Shown one piece after another: positions 51,496 through 63,378 of a stretch of 64,000 bases of DNA. The notes beneath the pieces were generated by a model that saw only the letters and a list, made by a program, of their open reading frames with translations, was not told where the DNA came from and searched no databases. Positions within the stretch are counted from its first letter, which is position 1, and every line of letters starts with the position of its first letter. The DNA is from Basidiobolus meristosporus CBS 931.73 (taxonomy: Eukaryota; Fungi; Basidiobolomycota). A program made the translations under genes and the position numbers. The DNA is taken from NCBI GenBank assembly GCA_002104905.1, contig MCFE01000508.1:1-64000 (forward strand). The letters are read 5' to 3'.

Positions 51496-53044
51496 CCGCA
51501 CCTGTGGTAATATCATGAAACTTGATTGGCTGGTTCAGAAGTTACATGCAATCAAAGTCACCATAGTAATCCTAGCAATAGAGGCCTAATATATATAGTA
51601 ATTGGACTCTTTTGATCAAAACTCCCTAAGTACTGCCTCAAACAATCTGTAATTTGAAACATGTGTGTGCTACCGAGTGTTCTGCATGACATTATTTTCC
51701 TTGGTGGATTACTTGTTTGGGTCTGAAGCTTTTGTTCTCAAAGTGAGAAATTCTTGATCTTTCATTTGTGGGTTACAATGGCAAAAGCAAAATAAAGAAA
51801 TAAGTGTAATATTAGTTTTGAGATATTGTGGTAATGTAATACTTTCAGTTACCACAGAATCTATCAAGTGCCAAGGCAGAGGCATGCTGGTATATTCCTT
51901 CAAAGTAGCCCTTGCTTCTTAGCTGTTGGTAATGTTTACCATCAATTATTGAATATGTTTGTGCCTGATTGATACTGAGTTCCATACTTTACAGCTTCAC
52001 AATATTTCCTGGACTGCATGAGCCTCTTTAGACAGGGTATCACTGTTATATATCTGGAGTGTGAGCAACATCTTCCTGCAATAGTGGTAGATTCTTGGCA
52101 AATTGGACACCTTGCAATGGTGGCATTTTCTGATGTGAATGCCATGCAACTGTTATCACATGCTAGTATCAGGACAGCCTCTGGGGCATATGTAGCCAGC
52201 TGCATGATGGTAGTCCATTTATATCATATACCTGGTAAGTTGCATCCTGGGATGATTTTGACAAGAAGTATTAGTAAGTCCTTAAAGCCCCCATTACTGA
52301 TATCAGTGGAAATGTGCCACTTCTCTAGCCACAACATCCCATCATCCACCAGTAGATGGATTACTGGGCTAATATGACTCCATAAAGGATCCTCAGCACT
52401 TTTTTCAACAGGTGTTGTCTTATTGCATGATGGGATCTTAATGGGCATATGCAGGGTACTGTTGTTAGGGAAGATAGGGTCACAATCCTTCAATGTGCCT
52501 GCTTCTTTGGAGCTATCACTATGTGTGCCATATTCAGAAGGGTGGTGTAGCCTAAAGGCTTCACAAACTCACCTGACTTAGTTTGCACAAGGTGACAAGT
52601 ATTTCTAGGTGCTGTTTTAGAAGAATCAAGTGGCCAGCAAGATATTTTTGGTACAGTAGTGACTGATAAGTGGTCAAGTTTGACTTGTGTGGCAAAACAC
52701 TAGCTGTGATCCTTGTAATACTTCATATGTTGTCTGAGTGCTTCATGGCTGAGAGGCTTGCTATAATAGCAACATGGTTTTTTAATCCTCTCTTACAGTG
52801 TTAAATCAAAGTAGTCTTTTCCATGGGGCAAACAGTTTGACACTCAGCAACTTAGTACTATTATATCAATTCTTTGTCAATACTCATGTGAATCTAAGAG
52901 AGTCTTGTATTTGAGACATTGTACCTACATGAATGTAAGATTCAATGATGACCTGCTATAGTAAGCATTATAAATAAAGTTGTGGCACCTCATACACAAG
53001 TATATGTAACACTATTTCACCTTTAGTTTGACTCACTTCCATAT

Positions 53045-54920
53045 ATATGTGGCCATAAACAAAGTAAAGTTGACTGGTTCCCAACCAAAACCCACTACTG
53101 ACAGTAGCAGAAGAACAGCTGGACAACAGTTTCTCTGATATTCAGTGCAACAAGTGGGACTACAAACAAAAAAGACCCTGTGGAGAGTGTGCCCACTGAA
53201 GGTAATAATGCAGACTCCTCAGGCTGTCAGTCAAGTAGGTAATTATCAATCTCTGCAGAGCCACAAGCTGACCATAATGCTGAGGCAGATGAGAGTGTAG
53301 CAAAAGTGGAACCTCCAGTTTAAGACCAGCAAGTGGCTGACATGACACCACCACCTTTATTAGCAAGGATGTTGTCAGCCCATACCAAAGCATTACTGGG
53401 GCAATCAGGTGCAGTGGCTGATCAGATAGATGCAATGGCCCAGGGAACTCCAGAAATAATCCACAAACTGGATGAGCAGATAATACATGCAGAGCAATCA
53501 ATATCCCATGTAGAGAGAGCAGTATCTTTGCTGCAAAGAAGGAACTGAAGTAGCTCAATGTCACAGCCAAGAATTGAGCCATTTCCCAATGTAACAGCAG
53601 AGGAACACTATACAGTCTTTGAAGCACAGCAACAGTGCCCATAGATAAAGCCCACAAAGATTACCTATCACAGCATGGGAGGGACAGAATGAAGAGTTTA
53701 TACCAAAGCCTAAAGATCAAAAGACTTTGAAGATATGTGAAGTTGTTGAGTGCAATAATGAAGAGTGGGCTGTTGTTCAAGAGGTTATAAGAAGTCTAGC
53801 ATGCTAACACTTCAAGGCCAGCATACCATGGGATCATCAGGAGCTCAAGGCCAAGCAGGATGAGCTGGAATTGCTCCATAAACATTATCCTGGATTCAGA
53901 CATGCAAACAGAATTTGCGCCAGCATTTGTAAGCTAAGAAAGTATCTCTAGAATAGCTGAAACTACCATAGGCAGAAGAACAAGGGTGCAATGGCTAAAA
54001 ACCAGCAGCTTCCTCAAGGGCCTATTACAACCAGGGCTGAAAGCTCCCAACAAGCATCAAAAAGACATCAGGTAGCTGGAAGTGTGCTAATAAGGGAAAA
54101 GCAGGCATACACAGATGCACCAGCACAATATATTTCAGGGAAAAAGCATAGTTCTATTCAAGAAGCACTCAGTCAAAGTGGCAGTGAAAGATCTGGCAAT
54201 AATAAAGGAAAAGGTAAATGGAAAGAAGTCTTCCCAAGCCAGAGACAGCAAAATATAAGAAAAAAGCTACAGTTCTTGCAAGCCAATCCTGAAAGTCTTA
54301 AATAGACTGAATCCCATCATAGCCAAGCAGAATCCCTAACAAGAAAATGGCTGTTTTCACAACAATTGGAAGTGCAGCCTGTTGAGCTACACTTGAGTGA
54401 GGTAGATGAGTTTGTAGAGAAAGACAACTTGTCTACCACAGCCTCCATATCCTCTATTGTTGAGAGAGTGGATATCCCACTACCATACAAAGTGACAACA
54501 CCAAGAACCCAAAAGGTTATCACAATGCCTTCAGTAGAGTTTGGAACATCAACAGGCACACTCAGAGGTTGCAGCCCTTCTTCAAGAGCAGTGCTCAAGA
54601 AAACTCACTTGAGTATTGCAAGGATTTATTGCAAAGACTGGCAGATGTGGTGCTAGACCTTGCAGTGCCAGCTGAGGACCAGGACATATGGGAACCAGTG
54701 AATGAGTGGTGGCATAAAGCTGTAGGGTTCCTGCTAAAGTCATGGAAACAGGGCGTTAGAGCAAAAATACTTTTTTTGAGTGGTGGATTTTAATGGAGTT
54801 ACTTGTTGAGTGTGGGGTTAGGCTTAATGTTGGTGTAGGGTATAGGGACTTGTATAGGTCAATACAGTTGGTAACCAAGGTACAACCAAAGTTTCAATGG
54901 ATATAAATCAATTTGTATGC
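53045..54920 (+). pseudogene. Decayed accessory gene of the tnp2 element, copy 3
   Basis: ORF fragments 53333-53548 (coiled-coil-like), 53991-54305, 54366-54656, 54569-54793. Confidence 0.7.
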
Positions 54921-55279
54921 ATGAAAAGTCAGAGAAATGGTCAAGTCAGTAAATAAGGAGTGTGCAAAAGAGGCACTAGCCAATCAATGCACACAAGCAT
55001 AGGAGGTCATAGTGTGTACAGTATCAGAAAGTGAGAAAATTGGCAGAGAACCAATCAAAAGCCACCTTTACATTGTTGAGATGAAATATTTTGACTAAGT
55101 TTTTGTGAGATCTAGGGTGCAATCATTTTTTGACGGTCTTTGTATGGTGTCCTGATTGGATCCTTACATCTCAGTCACAGGACTTAGAATATGAGAAAGT
55201 ATTTTGATGGGATCATCACAATAATCTCTCCTAGGGTTCTTTATACACAATTAAAGGCCATATCCTCAGTTGTAGACTC

Positions 55280-55675
55280 TATGTCTGTTGCTGGGCCTTG
55301 GAACTTGTCTGTCAGGCTATTCAGGATGATAACTATAATATCCTCATCAGTAGTTGGTGCACCCGTGAATTCCATCTCATCCACCAGCAGGGTATTTCTG
55401 TAAATTGAAATTTTTTACTTCATCTACTGGCAGCACCTTTGTAGTACAGAATTTTTGTCCAAGATGTGTTTTCTTAGCAGCTGAGCATGACTCATATGGG
55501 CTTTCTAATGCCTTCCAGGCATTCTTTGTCACTTTTGCTCTTAATAATTGAGTTAGCAACGGGTCTTAAACATTAAGGCAAATGCAGTTAAAGGCACTTT
55601 GTTTCTTTCTAGCACCTTAAGCCTTCCTCTCCCACATTTAAATAGCACATTCTTCTCCTATGACAATATCCTAAA
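55280..55675 (-). pseudogene. gag: Copia gag (UBN2-like) remnant
   Basis: KNAWKALESPYESCSAAKKTHLGQKF (55377-55559) resembles copia capsid. Confidence 0.65.
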
Positions 55676-58198
55676 TGTTGTAAGAGTCTTGGATATATTG
55701 GAAGTGATTGTGAGGACATGTAGATTATGTGGTTCTCACTTACTGAGTTATTGAATGTAAAAGTAGTATGTATACTTTTACATGCTCTGGGCATACCAAG
55801 CACATGGAAAAGGGTTAAAAAGATCCAAGTTCATGTGTGTAATACTTGGCACTGTTTGGACAACTTTGAGAAGTTTTATGTTCTGGGTACCTGCTATTTT
55901 GGTGAAAATATTGTAAGTGAATTTCAACAAGGAATTTGGTCAGTATTCTCTATGATTTGAAGGTAATGATCTAAGTTGCTAAGTTAGGTGAATACTTAGG
56001 TGGGATTACAATTTTTTACTACACTCCCACTCAACTAAATGGCCATACTGACTAGTTGTGATTTTGACCTAAGATATCAAACGTGTCTCTAGCTGATGGT
56101 TGGTAAATATTTCTACAATTGTTTCACCTGCAAAACAGTGGGCCAAGCTAACTAAGCTATTCTCTAAAGCTTCTTGTATAAAATAATGTCCAATATCTAT
56201 GTATATAGTTCTAGCATAAAAAGTTGCATTCCACCTATTTTTATACATTCTTGGCTAACTTGAAATAAAGTAATTGGCTTTTTTTTGACATCAATCTAAA
56301 TCTCTTAGAAGCGTTCTCAACCACATTGCTTCTGTTGTAGCTTCACAGGCTGCCATATACTCTGCCACTATGGTGGAAAGTGCCATGGCTGGTTGCTCCC
56401 CTAAATTCCATGAAGTTGCTCCTTTACAGTAAGGTAGGGTGTATGCTCTGGTGGATCTTCTAACTTCCAAATTTCATGCCTAATCAGCATCAAACTATCC
56501 CAAAGGATCCTGCTCTGAGTCCTCATAGGTGTATTGTAAGCAGATATTAGCAGTTTCTCTTAGGTACCAAAAAATCCACTTAACTGCTGCAATATGATTA
56601 GATCTATAGTTCTGATTATGCTGGCTGACAACTCCTACTGAATATCAGATATCTGGACATATTCCAAGCATGATATGCCTCATATAAACAGCAGTAGACT
56701 GATAAAAAAGCCAGAGCTTTTAGATGGCACCAAGCTTTCCTGATTTGGTTGTATTTTGATCAAGTTAAGATTTGTCTTCATTTGGGTAGCTACCAGTTTA
56801 CAGTCCTCCATTAGATACTTCTTTACTATATCTTGAATATACCTAAACTTGCTTAGGATAATAGCCTGGGTACTTCTGTCTATAGAGAACTTTACCCCTA
56901 AGTGGCAACTGAGTTCTTGTAAATCAGAAATTCTGAGCTCTTCAGATACACTGGATTTAGTCTCTTTCAATGTTTCTGGGTTGTTGGTGGCTCTAATAAG
57001 ATCATCCACATATAGAGCTAATAAAACTGGACTTACTCTATCTGGCTTACAGTATATGCAATAGTCATCATTACTACTTTTGAGACTCAAAGATTCCAGA
57101 TAGGAATCTATCTTGCTATTCCAGGCTCTTGGTGATTGTTTGAGGCCATATAGAGATTTGTTCAGCTTGCAGACCAAATGGGAGATATCTTGGTCAGCAA
57201 ACCCATTGGGCTTGTTCATATACATGTCCTTATCAAGTTCTTTATTCAAAGGTGTAGTTTTTACATCCATATGATGTAAAAAAACTTATTTTTGGCAGCA
57301 ATAGCCAATTTTAATCTGATGGTATTAAGCATGGCTATCTGTGCAAAGGTCTCAGTATAGTCAAGTCCTTTTGTTTGAGAGTATCCTTTGACCACAAGTC
57401 TTGTTTTTTACCTCTAAACTGTACCATCAGCCTTGTACTTTGTCTTGAAGATCCATTTCCATCTAATTGATTTTTGGTTGATTGGCAATTTGACTAAGTC
57501 CCAAATTTGATTTTCCATTAGGGCCTGATATTCCTCAGTCATTGCAGATCTCCAAAGCTGTGTCTGAGGGCTATTTAGGGCCTCATTTACTGTCTGGGGT
57601 TCATTGTTATTGAATAAATAGGCATAAGTTAAGTTTGTACCTGTTGTGAATAGACACAAGGCAAGAAAGTAGAGATAGGCAGGGAAGGACCAAGAAAGAA
57701 CTTGGGTGTGGATCAACAAGACAAGGGGGATTTCCAAGGCAAGGCTGTTTATTCAAGACCTGTGTTTATCAGATTGAGGAATACATACAGGGGTATAAGA
57801 CTATGTATACTTTTTGGCAATATGGATGCCAAGAGTTATTGGCTAACACTGATGGGGCTCTGGGGTGAGGCACAGTAAGTGTGCCAAGATAGAAATATAC
57901 TAAAGAACAGACTAGAAATTCAAATGGGGATATGCCAAGAGTCAGCTGATCATGCAACTAGGTAATGTGACATGCAATTGTAATATATGGTATTGAGCTA
58001 CATATATTTCAAAGGGAAGCTTCCATAGAATATTCCATTGTGTAACATTGACTTGGAGCTTTCAAGAAGTTGCTAGAATGTAGTAAAACTTTCTAGAAGG
58101 AACTGGGACTTCTTCACTCTTTTAATTCAACTGGATCAACAAAAGGTCATGGATGTCATGTGATCATGACACTATTCTCCTCTTCTGAGGGGCTTTCC

Positions 58199-58516
58199 TC
58201 AGGCTTTTGGCTTTGGCTTGCTGGGGTATGTATGGTAAAATTGTACAACTAGATCTTGGTGGTTTGTTAGGTTAGTTGCTGGTTCCCTAGTTTGATTATT
58301 TGGGCCATAACCAACCCAATTTACTAGATAGTGAAGCTTGAATCTGATGTACTTTGAATCTAGTACTTGCTGAACCTCAAACTCTTGGTGTTTTTCTACT
58401 TTAATGGCTGGAGGATTTACCAGTGCTGGTTTGATGGAGTATTTTCTGAACAGGGCATCAGGTTTTTCTTGTTTTACACCTGGTCTATAGGTGATGACAA
58501 TGTCAAAGCTGGACAA
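58199..58516 (-). pseudogene. RNase H tail fused in frame to integrase chromodomain
   Basis: IVITYRPG...KPDAL followed by EFEVQQVLDSK...YLVNWVGYG...TREPATNL. Confidence 0.85.
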
Positions 58517-58907
58517 GAAGTGGGACCATCTGTCTTGTCTCTGTTTTAGTCCTTTTAAGGTGGTAAAGTACTGAAAGTTCTTGTGATTACAGAAGATCTT
58601 TATCTTCTGGACTGCACCATCAAGGTAGTGTCTTTGTTGTTGAAAGCAACAATGATTGCAAGTGATTCCTTGTCAAAGATATCATAGCTTACCTCAGTTG
58701 GTGTAAATATCTGAGAGTAGAATGCAATATGGTGTGGCACATTCTTGTCATCATACTGGGAAAGGATGGCATCAAGGGCAAAGCCAGAGGCATCAGTTTC
58801 TATGATGAAAGGTCTCTCATAGTTGGGGTGGGCAAGCAGGGGGGCACACTATTCCTTGGTAGAATCAAAGGGCTCAGACTGTTCTTCATTCCAAGTAAAG
58901 GCCAGAT

Positions 58908-59650
58908 TTGAAAGAGCTCCATATATATATCTAAGAAAACCTCCAGAAAGGCTTTACTCAGCACTCCAAGTCCCCAGCTGATGCCCCAATCCTCATTGTC
59001 AGAAAACAAATGGAACCTTTAGGATGTGTGCAGACCACTATTCCCTGAATAAGATCACAATCAAGAACTATTACCCTTTGTCTCTGATCAACACCCTGCT
59101 GGATCAACTCTCTGCTACCAAAATATTTACCAATATTGATCTCAGAGGGGCTTTTAACCTTGTCAGGATTAAATCTGGCAAGAAATAGAACACTACCTTG
59201 AAAACAAGATATGGTCATTTGAGTATGGAGTTATGCCATTTGATCTCACCAATGCCCCAGCTATCTTTCAACACCTGATGAATGACATACTCCATGAGTA
59301 CCTTGACCAATTTGTAGTTATCTATGTTGATGAAATCCTAATCTACTCCAAGACTCAAGAAGTGCATAATTCATGTGTAAAAAAAGTCTTGACCAAGCTT
59401 GACACTGCTGGCCTTTATACCAAGCTGGAAAAATGTGAGTTGGACCAGAAAGAAGTCAAGTTCCTAGATTATCTGATAAGCTCATTTGGAGCAAGAATGG
59501 GCTTCAAGAAAGTAGGAGCCATTCAGTCCTGGCAAACCTCCTGCTCCATAAAAGAAGTACAATCCTTCCTTGGATTTGCCAACTTTGACTGTATAATCAG
59601 TGCCAAACACTACAAGATATTCACTCCTATGACAAAGCTCACCCAGAGAA
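58908..59650 (+). pseudogene. pol: Inverted RT core of chromovirus E
   Basis: Plus-strand ELHIYI*ENLQKGF...MPFDLTNAPAIFQ...YVDEILIYS within a minus-strand element. Confidence 0.9.
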
Positions 59651-61300
59651 TTCAGGCTGTGGGAGGTTTTAGATAGGACCAGATGGTGGGATTTTTCTTC
59701 TTTAAGGTCAATGGGACAATCATAGGGACTATGTGCCATGAGTAGTACTTCTTTCTACTTATCAAAGACCAAGGAAAACTCTTGATACTTGGCAGGTACT
59801 CCATTAGAGGGGGCTTCTTTAGTGATGATGGGCTCCTGGGTCTGGGAGAACTTGGGAAAAGATCCATCTTTACCAGGAAAGTCAGGTGCTTTCATGGTGT
59901 TGAAATGATGGATTCTGGGGAATGTCAGGGTTTTGGTCTTCCAGCTGATAGCTGAGTCATGGTGACTATACCATGAGCTTCCAAGAACTATGGGGTGGTG
60001 GGGAGAGCTGAGTATGTTGAAGGCTAGTGTCTTAGGGTGGCCAGTACTGGACAGCTGGAGTAGACATGTCTCATGGGTACAGCACCAGAGGTAAGAGATC
60101 TTCCATTGGCAACTTCTTCTTGGACAGGGCAAGATTTCAGGATAGTGAGGATTTTGTGCTTCTGGACAAAGGACTGGTCAATGAGACATAAGGAAGCACC
60201 AGAATCTATGAGGGCAAGGACTTGGACAGGACTGGATTCAGGGTTATGTATGCTGACAGGCATGCTCAAGGACTAGATGGACTTGGTAGCATATGAGGTG
60301 TCTTCAATGTGTTAATTAATCATTGGAAGGTCCAGAGGCAGGCCTGTCATTGTAAGTAGACACTGGAGTTTCCCAACAATTCTGGAGAATGTTGTTCACT
60401 GGACAATTGCAGGAGTTTGAAGCTGGACTTCTTGTTAGTACAAGACTTGGCAAAGTGACCTTCTGTTGTAGGTTTCTTGTATTTGGCACTGTCAATTTGC
60501 ATAGGATCTTGAGGCTTATTACTGGGTGACTGAATTACTGGGAAGGAGGTTGGCAGATAAGTAAGTTGGAACTTCTGTTTCTTCTGGAAAAGGCAATTGT
60601 CATATCAGATTGCTTGATGTATAGCTTCACACAAGGTAGCTGGGGCAGGGAGTGTGAGTAGTAGGTCACTGACTTCATCATTAAGTCCATCTTGAAACTG
60701 GCTAATTAAGGCAGCATCACCCCAGAGGTTCAAATCACTGACTAGTAGCTGGAATTAGGATGCATACATGGATGCAGGTCTGTTTCCTTGCTTCAAGCTT
60801 TTGATCTTGTTGGCAGCAATTCTGGCATTATCAGTGTTACCAAATGTTAACTCCATTTCTGTGAGGAAGGCATGGTAGTCACTGAGTAGGGGGGAGTTGG
60901 TTTCCACCCAAAGGGAGAACCATTTCTAGGCAGCTCTGGTGAGCAGGTCAGAGATATAACCAAATTCTGTTTGATCTGTTGGGAACCAATTGGGCTGTAG
61001 CAACAAGTGGTGTTTGACTATGTTTATGAAGCCCTGGAGCTCATATTAAGAGTCACTGAACCTGGTAGTGAAGGTTATCTTGTGATCATGGTAAGAGGGA
61101 TTCTTGACAGGCTGTTGAGTATTTTGGCTGTGAAGCCAAGCAACAGAGTTTCTGAGCTCTGCATTGTCTTGTTGCAGCTGGGCAAAGGCAGCCATGAGGC
61201 TTGCAAGGTTGTACTTGGGACTGGACATGTCAGGGTAGCAGGAGATGCAGAGGTTTCTTGAGCTTGTTCAGGAATACTGCATACTACTAGCTAAAATGTG
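59651..61300 (-). pseudogene. Chromovirus E gag, protease and RT N-terminus (degenerate)
   Basis: ORFs 61046-61228, 60024-60269, 59482-59739 (PYDCPIDL). Confidence 0.85.
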
Positions 61301-63378
61301 GTTTATAAAGCCACTGGTTTGCCAATGATGAAATAACTGACCTACAATTCCCAGCTTTGATTCAGTTGGTGTCACTTCAGAAGGTACTGGCTCTGAAATT
61401 CTTTGATAGAGTATTGTACTAAAGCTTCCAATACCTTAACAACTGTAAACTACACTAGCAGGGTATTAAGTGAATGCAGCTTTGGCCAATTGTGTTACAA
61501 CAATAAAGTATCTTTGCCTTCAGAGGACAAGAATAGGGAAAGATTCAGGGTGATACTTATTTTAGGTATCGCTTTACAAGTTCTTCCCAAGAACTTTGGG
61601 TACAAGGCAGAGATCTGCAGGTAAGTCAAGAGCCGTCTGATAATACTGTTATCAATAGACACAAGGCAGGAGAGTAGAGCTAAGCAATGCAGGACCAGGA
61701 AAGGTCTTAGGTGGGGTCACCAAGACAAGGTGGATTTCTAAGCCAAGGCTGTTTATTCAAGATAATTGACTAATACTGATGGGGTTCTGAGGTGAGGCAC
61801 AGTAAGTGTGCCATGATAGAAATATACTAAAAAACAGACTAGAGATTCAAGTAGGGATATGCCAAGAGTCAGCTGATCATGTGACTAGGTAATGTGGCAT
61901 GCACTTATAAAATATGGAATTGAGCAGCATAAATTCTAAAGGGAAGCTACCATAGAATATTTCATTGTGTAACATTGACTTAGAGCTTTCAAGGAGTTGC
62001 TGGAATGTAGTAGAACTTTCTAGAAGGAACTGAGACTTCTTCACTATTTTGATTTGACCAGATCAAGAGAGGTCATGGATGTCATGTGATCATGACAGTA
62101 CCCTCATTTATATAGTAATTTGGGCTATTTCTTGTCCAATTGGATCTCCTGGCATTTAATACTGGGATGATCACTTCTGGGATACTCCTGGGCCCTTATT
62201 CAGGCTAAACCACAGTTGCCAAGCCCTTTAGAAGGAAAAAACTCTCATTGTTTTGCTCTGATTCAGTCCTGAAAATTGGTGGACTGAAAATGAGAATTTT
62301 GTCATCATCTGATGTGATTCTTTGTGAAAATTTTGATATTTCATCAAACAGCACATTCCTGGATTTGACCAGCTTCATTTCTTTGGAATTGTAGAGTCTG
62401 TATGCTCAACATTCATTGCAGGAGCCCAAAAATATGCATTTTACACTCTTTGACTCATATCTTAACTTATTTGTAGTTTGTTTCTAGGCATATGCTCTAC
62501 AACCAAATATTTTTAGATGCTCTGCACTTGGTCTGTATCCATACCATGCTTCAATTGGTGTAAACACATAGAGTATACTGCTGTAACTCCTATTTGTTAG
62601 GTATACAGTGGTGGTAACTGAGTGCACCCAAAAATAATAGGATAATTTTTGATCATGGACCATCAATCTTGTAATATCAATTATTGATCTGTTTGTCCAT
62701 TTTGCAGTGCAGAGGATGGTACAGTAGTCTCTTGCTTTATCCCATGAGTTTTGCAGAAGTGGATGAAGAGTTCTGAGGTATATGTTCCATCATTGTCAGA
62801 ATGTATTTTCTTGATTTTAGCACCAGTTTTTCTCTCCACTGTGGCTTTATATGCCCTGAACTTAGACTGAAGTTCTTCCTTTCTCTCCACAAAGTAGACT
62901 CATATGCATCTTGTATAAGCATCAATAAAGTGATCAAATGCTTCTTCCTACTTGAGGATTAATTTCGCATAGTTCCACATAAATCTGAGTGAATCAGATA
63001 CAATTTTTTCTCAGTTTTGATTGACCCAGAGCTCTTGCACAGTTGGCTGGCTTGTTCCTCATATATGCTGGCTCTACAGTGCTCCAAATTTGCTGAGGAT
63101 CAGTTTTTACTCTGGAACTTAGATACTCTTTGATCAATTTGCACAAATAATCAAAATTGATGTGTCCAAATCTCCTGTGCCAAAGCATGGGTGTTTCTTC
63201 ATTTAAGTTATCCATATTGGCTTCCAGATATAATAGAATATAAGTCAGCTTGTATAGATTCTGATCTCTGATACCCAAAGCAATATGGGCACCATTTTGA
63301 TTGGTGATCCTGTATCCAGAATTGTGAAAACTGAAGCTGAGTCCTTCTGCTGTGGCCTTGCTTATAGATAGCAGGTTC

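Larger units (their letters stand above)
49590..51856 (+). repeat. Unclassified repeat X, most complete copy, containing a solo LTR B
   Basis: Aligns with 13459-13514 + 19921-20798 and the reverse complement of 10629-11760. Confidence 0.7.
49165..52990 (-). pseudogene. tnp2 transposase remnant, split by repeat X (49590-51856)
   Basis: 49400-49594 (SCWPLILINLNLLP...GPKLPSNQDSYWYPL) and 51942-52205 (CDNSCMAF...CPIC) are contiguous in the 44.8-kb copy. Confidence 0.85.
57642..62097 (-). mobile_element. Chromovirus-type Ty3/gypsy family E with both LTRs (57642-58171, 61647-62097), TSD GTACC
   Basis: GTACC at 57637-41 and 62098-102; gag, protease LIDSGAS (60024-60269), RT, RNase H, chromodomain; PPT at 58172-58186. 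Confidence 0.95.
55676..63378 (-). mobile_element. Copia family A, copy 2 (3' LTR 55676-56023, RT 56040-57641, integrase 62103-63378), doubly interrupted
   Basis: ORFs 56680-57270, 57414-57737, 62681-62890, LWHRRFGHINF; coding frame rejoins across the GTACC TSD. Confidence 0.93.

Noticed and set aside
49590-51856. Repeat X as a solo LTR (TG...CA ends)
   Set aside because: Flanks do not form a TSD in either copy; no PBS or PPT adjacent
58154-58171. TGTCATG-TGAT-CATGACA hairpin at the LTR E terminus as a separate element
   Set aside because: It is simply the LTR end, present in both LTRs; no independent evidence of function
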